NCBI RefSeq assembly: GCF_052425735.1
Contig: NC_135760.1
Span: forward strand, 29,884,001 to 29,948,000
Length of the DNA stretch: 64,000 nucleotides
Direction of reading: 5' to 3'
DNA from: Oculina patagonica
Taxonomy: Eukaryota
The translations under genes were made by a program, and so were the position numbers. This document shows positions 11,731 through 21,779 of this stretch, piece by piece. Under the pieces are notes generated by a model. The model saw nothing but the letters and a program-made list of their open reading frames with translations. It had not been told where the DNA came from and made no database searches. The stretch's first letter is position 1, and every line of letters begins with the position of its first letter.

Positions 11731-12588
11731 ATGTGGTTTTTAATACTCGGTTGGTTGTTCACTGTCATAGGCATTCTAGGAAATGCAATTGTAATGTACT
11801 TGATCATCACAAGACGACGACTTCATGTTACAGCAAACTGGTTTGTCCTTTCGCTCGCACTTGCTGATCTGAGCGTGGAATTAAGCTACTTTCCACTACT
11901 TTTTATCTCAACCTTTTTCCATAACTTGTCTACCGATCACGCAGGCTTATGGTTCAAAATAAGCCATACCTTTCTTTATTCTTCGTCAGCAAATTTATGT
12001 GCCTTAACAGTAGATAGACTTCTTGCAATTGAGATGCATTTAAAGTACACCCTCCTTATCACACGGAGACGATTGTTTTTGTTCCTCGCTATGGCATGGA
12101 TCACGCCGATAATTGTTTTCACGTTGCCTTCAATTTTCACCTACTCCAGCGGGAACGACTCGTTTACTTTTATCTTCGAAACTTTCAGGGTACTAATTTT
12201 TCAGCTCATCCCAAGCATACTCTTTGTGGTTGTTATTGGACGTCTTTTCTTCATAGCTAAAAGAATTTCAAGAAAGGAATTGCTTCTTTTGGCCCAGATA
12301 AGGTTTAATCTCGGGAAGGAAGAAAAAGTTGAAGGACACAATAAGCACACGGAGAAGAAGGCTTCTGTGAAAATAATCATCTTGATCATTTTGTTCTTCG
12401 TCTTGTGCCACATTGCGGGAAATTATCGCTGTTTTTGTTTCGTCTTCAAACTTTGTGTCGTGCCGGAACCTTTGAAGGAAGTTATTCACATCTTTTTTGT
12501 TCTAAACTCAGCAATGAATCCCTTTGTTTACGCTGTTTTAAAGAAAGACATAAAAAGAGAACTGAAGCGAATGGGCTGTCATTATTAG
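11731..12588 (+). CDS. Intronless rhodopsin-class (class A) GPCR, amine/adenosine receptor-like orphan, ~285 aa
   Basis: Seven hydrophobic segments; GN in TM1, LALAD in TM2, DRL (DRY-like) in TM3, W..P in TM4, NSAMNPFVY in TM7 plus helix 8. First ATG at 11731. Confidence 0.9.
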   Translation: MWFLILGWLFTVIGILGNAIVMYLIITRRRLHVTANWFVLSLALADLSVELSYFPLLFISTFFHNLSTDHAGLWFKISHTFLYSSSANLCALTVDRLLAIEMHLKYTLLITRRRLFLFLAMAWITPIIVFTLPSIFTYSSGNDSFTFIFETFRVLIFQLIPSILFVVVIGRLFFIAKRISRKELLLLAQIRFNLGKEEKVEGHNKHTEKKASVKIIILIILFFVLCHIAGNYRCFCFVFKLCVVPEPLKEVIHIFFVLNSAMNPFVYAVLKKDIKRELKRMGCHY

Positions 12589-12909
12589 GTGAACAGCGAA
12601 GTTTCCGTGAAAAAACATCCTTTTTAATTGCTAAAACTTGCAAGTTACGCGAGGTCTGTACTTGTATTTGCTGTGCTTTTTTCCCCTGTTTCAGACCAGA
12701 CCCTGTCCAGGAACTACAATGGTTTGTGTAAACATGGGGTACAAATTACCCAAGGTTTTAAATCGAACCTCTCAAGGGATGAATAATAAAAATCATAAAG
12801 AAAGTTTCTTCCAAAAAAAAAATAACCTAATCGCTGACCAGAGTGCATGGACCATTCCCTATTTCAGACCATTCAAAATGGCCAAAACCTATACCGCATT
12901 TCACCAAAA

Positions 12910-13835
12910 CACAGGCGGCTCAAGCTCTCTATCAGATTACCTTTGGACGTGACTCTTGCTTACGAGCGGTGTTGTGTTACAAAGATTCGATTTATAAGGG
13001 TTTGTATGGGAAACAACGGTTTTGCTTTTAAAGTAAAAAAAATGTATATTTTGTGAATAAAGTTGACTTACCCTGATTCGTTGTTTCATTCTTTGTTGTA
13101 TTCCAGCTTCTCAGGTCGATACAACGCGTTTTCGGCGAGTTATCGTTATTTTGGTGTCCACTGCTAAAATATTAGGCCATCCCAATAAAATGTTTCGTTT
13201 CCCATCGCCCCGTCTTTTGTGAAGATGGGTCGGTCGGTCGGGCAAAAAAAAAAAAAAAAAAAAAACACTTGGGTTCCAGAGAAGGCCGGGCTGCTAAGTT
13301 AGAAAGCCTGATTACAAAGTCAACTCGAAAACGTGGTCTTTTTGTTTGTTATTCCTTATAAAATGTCTAAACAGTCTTTAAATAACGTAGTATCGATGTT
13401 TATTAAAGACAAAGACATCATATACCAATCGTTGTTAATAAAACAAGATCGTGTGCTTGTAAATTGAAGTACTTGCTTCTTTAACTAGTGAATCTGGATT
13501 TTTTTTTTTTTTTTTACTTTTCGAAAAAAATGGGTCGGTCGGGCGATGAGAAACGAAACATTTTATTGGGATGGCCTTAGCAGTGGACACCAAAATAACG
13601 ATAACTCGCCGAAAACGCGTTGTATCGACCTGAGAAGCTGGAATACAACAAAGAATGAAACAACGAATCAGGGTAAGTCAACTTTATTCACAAAATATAC
13701 ATTTTTTTTTACTTTAAAAGCAAAACCGTTGTTTCCCATACAAACCCTTATAAATCGAATCTTTGTAACACAACACCGCTCGTAAGCAAGAGTCACGTCC
13801 AAAGGTAATCTGATAGAGAGCTTGGGCCGCCTGTG
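12910..13835. mobile_element. Foldback element with ~255-bp near-perfect inverted arms, CA..TG termini and a 7-bp TSD; carries a nested MITE
   Basis: Arms 12910-13165 and ~13578-13835 are reverse complements; ACCAAAA flanks both ends (12903-12909, 13836-13842). Confidence 0.8.
13175..13576. mobile_element. PIF/Harbinger-like MITE (TTA TSD) nested at the centre of the foldback element
   Basis: tta|ggccatcccaataaaatgtttcgtttc ... gaaacgaaacattttattgggatggcc|tta. Confidence 0.8.
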
Positions 13836-14819
13836 ACCAAAACGGCTTGAAAACCATACCCCTTGGCGTCGCGCATATACATAGCTTATGTAAGGGAACA
13901 CCCTTCCCCCGAGGGGGCTAATTAAGCTAATCAGGTGATGATTCAGCCTATTTACCCAATATTTACCGAGTTCTGAAGTAGACAACTCAAAGATATAAAG
14001 GTGAAGAAGCAAATAAATTTGCAGAAAACAAGTTTTCCACTGTCCGATGTTTAATCCAGAATACTTTTACTACAACGTTATTACGATGATATTTTTAACT
14101 ACGGCTTTCAGAGATCTCTACACATCAGTACATATTTTCCAACCCCACCCTCTGTCCTTCCCTAAAGTTTCCGTGGGGAACTAGTTCTACGGTCTCAGGA
14201 ACAATAAAAAAGAAACCTCGCCTTCTTTGATGCTCGCTTCACGCCAACCGACATAATAAAAACTTTCTCTTTCAGTACTTTTCTGGTACTTTTCATGAGA
14301 GGTCCGCTACTCTGGAATACTGTCTAAAAACCCCGACAGCTACTGTTACCGTTATATAACTGTGATCTTGCTAGAAACATTAGGAATCCTTTGCGAGTCT
14401 AGCGACACCGCCCCATATAAAATTCCAGAAAGGGAGGAAGTGCGTTGCTAAGCGCGCGAGCCCTCGAGGTAGGGGTCTTGTTCTTGCTTCGCGCGTGTTT
14501 TACAGCTCAAGGTGGGATTGTTTTGCAAAATGCATTTTTTAAGCGTTGATATAATTGAATTTCCTGGAAAAACAATATTCTGTTGGTTTCAAATATTTTC
14601 ACTGTAATACAGCCTGATTCATTTTGGAGTATCCCGAGAGGCGTGACAACACCTGTCACGCAAAGCACCTGCAATGCATCCAGTTGATCCACGTCGATTG
14701 GTCAGCGGGTGTACTCCAAAAACAAATATGGCCACCGCGGTTGTACCAGGGAAGTTTATTTTTGTACGGCAAAAAAAACAGTGTAAGACAACTTGCTGCT
14801 CATTGTAAAGTAGAAGAAC

Positions 14820-16011
14820 ATGAAGAACACCGAGGAAGAGTCGGTACAAAGGTTGACCGTGAAAAGACTTTTTCTCACGCGCGGAAAGCTAAAAGCATCC
14901 AGTCGTACTTCGGCTCTGATGTCAGGGTTTGCTATGGTGAGTGTTGTTCGACTTCTTTTTTTTTTGCTTCGATTTATCTTTAGAAGACCCAGGGCAACAT
15001 TCTGTAGCTTGGCTGAAGTAGACCAGAGTAAGCTTACTTGCATGTACTTACTGTAGTGACTCTGCTAATTTGATTATTGAAGAACTGCTCTTTGTTTACC
15101 ATGGTGTGAAGCATATCTATGTATCTATGTACTTAATTAATTACATGTATCATCTTTTCCGAAGTTCCCATAAAAGCGTTGTGTCTTTATTTACAAGGTG
15201 GCAATGTTGAAATACATAACGTTGGTTGCCTAATTACTTGGAATATAGTGAAAAGGCTCTATTTTTAACAGCTTATTTTACAATGGAAGTAACTTAACAA
15301 ATTATATGGATGTCTGCTGGTTGTGGCATCTGATTGGAAGAAGATTATTAGGGGCTTTAAGAGCTTAATCCACCATATGATCCAAATATTCAGATTCCCG
15401 GTGGTAGAAGGGGGATATTTAATTGGTCCATTATTCCTGTGTTTTTTTATATAATGAAATGTGAACTTTCACCATTTCATTTGCAGATAGCAATGGTAGA
15501 AATTCAACTAGAACCTGGTATCCCAGAAGGGCTGTTGATAGCCTTCAGTGTGATGACTACCATCCTTATCTCAATACACGTCTTTGCACTCATGATATCT
15601 GTCTGCATTCTGCCAAATATTGAGGGAGTGGCAAATATGCAACAACAGGGAACACAAATGGTACGAGATTCACCACACGAAAAACTACACATACACATTG
15701 AGATTGCATGGATTTTCTCAACAGGTCTTGGGACGCTTCTGTTCTTAGCAGAGATTGCAATACTTTGTTGGGTGAAGTTCTACAATTACAGCAAACCTGC
15801 AGCTGTAGCAGCATCTGTTGTGCTAGTGCCTGTTTGTATTGTGTTTGTTTGGTTTGCTATCCATTTCTACAGGTCTCTTGTTCAACACAAGTATGAAAGA
15901 TCTTTTCAGGGAATTGAGGAACTTCAACAGATTGCTAACCAGCTTCACACAGACACAGGAACATCACCAAGCACACCTAATCCCAGTCCATGTCCTAATC
16001 ACAGAGTTTAG
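14820..16011 (+). CDS. ORAI1: Orai calcium release-activated calcium channel, 213 aa; exons 14820-14936 and 15487-16011
   Basis: [17 protein letters not shown]|IAMVE (TM1 with the E106 equivalent), [16 protein letters not shown] (TM2), [23 protein letters not shown] (TM3), [17 protein letters not shown] (TM4/nexus). Phase-0 GT..AG intron 14937-15486. Confidence 0.96.
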
Positions 16012-16386
16012 CAAACCTTATACTTCACAACCCATACTTAATGAACTCTAATGTTACAAGCAAGTGGATGTACATATTTATAGGGGAATGAATCTCTTGG
16101 ACCCAGACATTAGACCAGTTAAAAGACTGACTAAACTGTCATGAAAACAAAAAGCACACACATAATGAACCAACTTTTTGGTATCATACTCCTTTTTGTT
16201 GTTACTTTTTGGAACAAAACATTCATTACACTGGAGTGCACTGTAATTTTAGGTAGTAGCCCAAGGCTAGAAATATCCAAATGAGGCTTGCAAAAGTTCA
16301 GGGCTTGGTGGTTTGGTGATCACATGCAGTACGAAAGTTTAAAACATCCATGACTTACTTTGTTCTGATATCACCATGGAAATTAA

Positions 16387-17357
16387 GTGGCAGTTTCTCT
16401 TAAAGCGGTCCATCGCATTTCGGGTCGGAAAAAAGTTTTCCCTCAAACTTTGCCCAGTGAACTATCTTAGGTTGTAAGTAAATGCAACGACTTTAGTTTT
16501 TGGAAATACGTTAAAATATGTTAATTTTGATACATTTTGATTTACAGGTCCGTGAAAATTTAAATACCAGCAACCGTTAGATCGCTTTTTGTAAACATGC
16601 AAAAGTATGGTGTCTTCGCCGGCCATTATTTCACGAGTCCAGACCAGACCATTCTAAATTCCAACTGAATCCTACTAAACAGATGTTAGGAAGCATAGAA
16701 ATATAAAAATACCTTGCACTTTTTATCTTCCTTTGCCACAGCGACTTCGAAAATTTCGTGCTTATGCGAGTAAGTAAGCTCATTTGCATAATATGTATGA
16801 AATTCTCGCATAAGCACGAAATGTTCGAAGTCGCTGTGGCAAAGGAATATAAAAAGTGCAAGGTATTTTTATATTTCTATGCTTCCTAACATCTGTTTAG
16901 TAGGATTCAGTTGGAATTTAGAATGGTCTGGTCTGGACTCGTGAAATAAATGCCGGCGAAGACACCATACTTTTGCATGTTTACAAAAAGCGATCTAACG
17001 GTTGCTGATATTTAAATTTTCACGGACCTGTAAATCAAAATGTATCAAAATTAACATGCGTTTCCAACCTTTGAAGGACCACTTAACTTAGGAATAATAA
17101 TAATAATTTGGTGCGTTTGGTTGTTTTTGAGCGGCGAGCTCGTCAACTTATGAAATTTCTCGTTCTGGCCAAGCTCAAAATTAGGCCTTTTGCAGCCTTC
17201 ACTGTTGAGAGCTCTAAAAATATATATTTTAACGTATTTCCAAAAACTAAAGTCGTTGCATTTACTTACAACCTAAGATAGTTCACTGGGCAAAGTTTGA
17301 GGGAAAACTTTTTTCTGAACCCGAAATGCAATGGACCGCTTTAAGAGAAAATGCCAC
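16387..17357. mobile_element. ~1-kb foldback (palindromic) non-autonomous transposon with TTAA TSD between the Orai and MORN3 3' ends
   Basis: Outer arms ~16383-16520 / 17224-17361 and inner arms ~16519-16775 / 16820-17057 are near-perfect reverse complements; ttaa on both sides. Confidence 0.85.
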
Positions 17358-18292
17358 TTAAATATGGCTAGAAGATTTAGCTTCCAGTGGTTTTTGATGC
17401 AGGCTAAAAATTCTCTCTCTCTTTGAGTTTACAATAGCTGTAGCTATTTTTTTTATTATTATTATCAATAACAGATTTCGTTATAACATTGGTAAATCGA
17501 CCTGTGGATCCACTTCAGAATAAAATCCACAAATTACTTTGGCAATGTTTAAAGTGAATTTAATAGGGAACAGGGAATAATTGAGGTTCAGTTTTATGTC
17601 CTTGTTACTAGATGAAGTTTTTCTTGGTTTTATTTAAACTTTTTCAAAGGAGTAGTTCAATTTGGTGTATATTGTTAAGTATATCCTAAGTAAAAGGGAA
17701 TTAAACAAGGCAATATTAATTTGTTTTATTGATAGCAAGTACAATGCTATATAATTGCTCTTTTGTAATAACTGTCCAGAGCATAGTACTAGAAGTTTCT
17801 GTACAAAAATATTAAGTTATAAACATGGTAAAAGATTTACAACAATCATCACACTGAAAAGTAAAGCAAACATTTACATGTAGTCTGTTTTGAACAGTAC
17901 TTGATTCAAGTAACCATGTTTTACACATTCATTGACCTAACTGGCCAATCTTTCATGATCCATACCACCATTCTTTGAGTCTTCCTAGGAGTCATCTGTT
18001 GACTTTTTCCCATCAGGAATATGTATAAATTACTTGTAAAATTATATACAAAAGCCTGCTTCTTGGTGATTAATAGTTAACAAGTTACAACATTGATCAA
18101 GTTTTTTTTTCTTTGTTTCTCAACTACTGTTTGCTGATTTTCATCATACCATCATGTGTTCAGAGAAGCAGGTTTCTCCTGTATTTATTTGTACTTGATT
18201 TTGCGTATGCCTTTGGCTTTTGTTGTTATGTACATCATTAAAAATAAAGGGAGCTTAATAAATATCAAGGTACATAAAATTATAAAAAATCA

Positions 18293-18372
18293 TCACTGCT
18301 GTTCATCCAGAAATGTGTCCTCTGCATCTTTCACTACTCCTTTTGTATCTTGAAGTTTACACTACATTTATG

Positions 18373-18405
<33 letters not shown>

Positions 18406-21400
18406 ATCACTGGTAAACTTCTAGTAAAAAATAATTGAAAAAAGGAACCTAACACAATTCTCAGTCTTTTTAATTGCAATAACCAGAAATATTTGGGTCT
18501 GTATGGGACAATTTGACTACTGGTAAGTTATGCGAACAGATCTGCACTGAGTTCAGGGAGGTGTGTTCTTAGAGAAAATTGGAAACAGTTCTTGAAAAGA
18601 AAATACTTGACTTGAGTAAAATCAGAAATGATTGTGTCTTTTTAACTCAGCATTCTCACATATAGGGTCAATTTCTGCTGCTCTCCTGACCAGCTAAGTA
18701 ACTTTCCCAAACATTGGCTGTAACTAGCCTACACATTATACTGTATATGTATGGCATGTACATTGTAGTTTGTCAGGATCATTCTTACAACTAACATTTT
18801 GAGACAATTCTCGGCTTGCGGTGTATTATGAGGGAGCAGTGTTAAGTATTTTAAACGAGTATAGAATGGCTAGAGGAGTTTGCGCTAGGAGAACACCCCA
18901 AATAAAAGAAAATAGCTGCAAGAATTATGATTAAGCCAAGCCCAAGGCTTTGTTGGCTGCGGTGAAATCTACCATACACATGTTTTGAATGATGTAGGAT
19001 AAACACTAACCTCAGGTAAAGAGTATGTTGTTGGGTTTGGAGCTTCATGTCGACCAAAATCTTCAACAGTGCCACATTTTGGTATGTCATCGCACCACAC
19101 TCCAGTGTACAACTGCCCTCGGTCAAGATAGAAAAATTTGCCCTTCCCATGTTTTTTGCCATCTTTCCATTGACCTTCATATCGATTGTCATTTGCTGTC
19201 AAAAAGAACACCAATTATAGCTAAAATGTTAAGAGTAACTGAAGGTTGAGGTAGCAGTGTTAGCAACTCATCTAAAGTATTTTATCAAAAAAAAGGGTGA
19301 GGTGACTATTTAACTTGCTCAAATTGCATGTACAGCAGAATCCTGATTTCTCAAACCAGGGAAATGAAAACTGGTCCACGAAATCATGAGCATTACTTCT
19401 AAGACAGAAAATGGGTGAATATGGAATTTGGTGCTCAACAAGAACACCCAATCAAAACCTCAGTCAACACTGAGTACAAGATTTAAATGAAATTCAGGCA
19501 AGGCCCAAGAAGAAAACAGAGTTGACATCAAGTCAAGAACCATTGTGCTGCTTTGCTAACTGGGTTAAGCAGTTATAATAGTTGCATTTACTGGGAGGTG
19601 GCATGGCTTAGTGGTAGGGCGCTGGACTTGTAATCTGGAGGCCCAGGGTTCAAATCCACCTCCCTGCCACTAGATGGATTTGTCTTCGGTCGTCCCGAAT
19701 ACAACTCCTCCACGCTTTGTAAATAGCCAACTGGTTAGTCTCCTGCCAGTTGGGGCTTTTAACAAGTTTATGTTCAATTTGCAATATTTGTTTATTTATT
19801 TGCAGTGTCCACAATTAGCAAAACAGTGCTAAATACATTGACACTTAAATTACATGATTTTTTTTTTAATTTTTTTATCTTACCTAGCCTAAGCATTCCT
19901 TCTCCATTTCTCATGTTATTGTACCATTCTCCCTCATAAACTGCACCATCAGCGTAATACATTCTTCCCCAGCCGCTCCGCTTGTCTGCATACCACTCCC
20001 CTTCATAGTATTCATTATGTGAGTAAAAATTTGTTCCATAACCCTGGGGATGAAACATTGTACAATACTCAGTTACATGTAAGTTAGGGTTCACAATTAA
20101 TGTAGAGGGGGGCTTTCTTTATATTTTTTCCCTTTTTTTGGCCCCCCCCCCCCCTCTATTATTTGGTGTTTTTCCCTGCCCACAACTGTAGGTAAAATAC
20201 CATAGCCCTCATCCACCATCACTCAAAAAACCCTAATGATTAAAACAAGACATTTTTAGTCTAAAAATTAACCTCATTATGACAGTTGTTTTAATAGCAA
20301 AACTACTAATAATTATTACCAGTAGTTTATGCACCGGGCGTAGGCAGGGGATTCCAACTTAGCTGAGTCTTTGTGGATGTTCAAAAGAGTCACTAAACTT
20401 CAATAAAATGTTGTCAGAAAGTCCATTAAAATGGTCAAAAGTCCCCACTTTGGGCAAAGAATTGCTGTCAAATCCCCTGCCTATGCCTGGCCTCCCTCCA
20501 GCGGCTTAACATTGATAGGTGCATTATTGAGAATGAAAAACTTAAATTTATCAAACTGAATGTAATGAATACATACATGTCTTTTGTCATTTTTCCATCC
20601 ACCAGAATAAACCTTTCTGTAACCTCCTCCCTCAGGTAAACTGTATGTACCAAAGCCACAGCGATGGTCATCTTTCCAGTCTCCATCATAAATAGCTCCA
20701 GACTTCTTCCATGTCATGGTACCCTTTCCTAATAAAGTCATTTAAGCCTTGTTACGTGTTAAACAGATACCAAAGAGGTAGGACCAAGAGAATACTGGGA
20801 TCTAACAAGGGAAAGAAGATTCTGCCTCACACTCAGTTTCAATGTTGTTATATTACATGCTGGCTTCTTTTACTTTTTGCTCAATGAGAAATAAGGAAAT
20901 GCATACTGTTAAGGTGTCTGGACATCAATAACATATTGAGGACTTGTTTGTAAAGTAATGTTTAGACTGAATGTTATGTCTGAATGTGAAACCTGGGGAA
21001 GGGGAAGAAGGAGAGTAGATGTCCTATAGACAAATCCCTGCACTCGCTCCCACCACCCCCTGATTCTTCAACCTTCCCCTCCTTCCATTACATTATCTTC
21101 GGAGATTGAGAAAATGCTGGATAAGGATCCTTGATAATTGTAAACAGTCTAAGTAAGATTTCCCTGCAATATAGTCGAGAAGAATAAGTAAGTTGGTTTA
21201 GAGAATTCACCAATAAAATATTTCGGACCTGCAGAACATCTTGCAGCTTTACTCTGCTATTAATGAGAGGTTATTCTAGTGTGTTCTCACTGTTACCAAC
21301 GGATAAATGCACTTCAAAATTCAGGAGGTTGTTTTATTGGTAAACCTGATTTGTAGCGGGATTATTTGAATGGAATCAAATAAAACTGTAAGCTTGCAGA

Positions 21401-21604
21401 GACTTACAAATAACCCCAAATCGAACGTGCAAACAGGCAAGCGCGCGCGAGCTACTAACCATTCTTCAGATTTTTATCCCATTCACCAGTATACTGATCG
21501 CCATTCACCGAATAAACTGTGTGATGAACGCCTTTCTTTTGTGCTTTGTAATCCCATTCTTTCCATAAAGGCTCGCTTTTCTTGGGTTGTTTAGTAATCG
21601 GCAT
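18293..21604 (-). CDS. MORN3: MORN repeat-containing protein 3, 236 aa; exons 21604-21460, 20728-20577, 20043-19884, 19195-19011, 18361-18293
   Basis: N-terminus MPITKQPKKSEPLWKEWDYKAQKKG resembles vertebrate MORN3; serial YxGxW MORN repeats; C-terminal KCGTVEDFGRHEAPNPT. All introns GT-AG; 711 nt in frame. Confidence 0.95.
19593..19820 (+). mobile_element. tRNA-derived SINE in MORN3 intron 3
   Basis: A box TGGCTTAGTGG and B box GGTTCAAATCC, followed by a non-tRNA body (gtaaatagccaactggtt..) and an AT-rich tail. Confidence 0.75.
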
Positions 21605-21779
21605 TTTGTCGAAGATTCCACAAACTGAAGCTACAAATTAGATAATTATTTACTTCTGTAACTAAGGGAAGGCCAGGTTACTCAGTAGAAACATACCCAT
21701 GATGCCTTTCTACACTTGCACATAAAATGGCGGCTACCTACGAATTTTGAACGTATTTTGGTGTCAAAATTTTCAGGCA
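21605..21779. promoter_or_regulatory. Compact bidirectional promoter region shared by MORN3 and GPATCH3
   Basis: Start codons only 175 bp apart, head to head. YY1-like AAAATGGCGGC at ~21724-21734; RFX X-box-like GTAACTAAGGGAAG (21658-21671) and GTTACTCAGTAGAAAC (21677-21692). Confidence 0.65.

Noticed and set aside
19593-19670. Possible tRNA gene
   Set aside because: Has A/B boxes but an imperfect cloverleaf and continues into a SINE body and tail.
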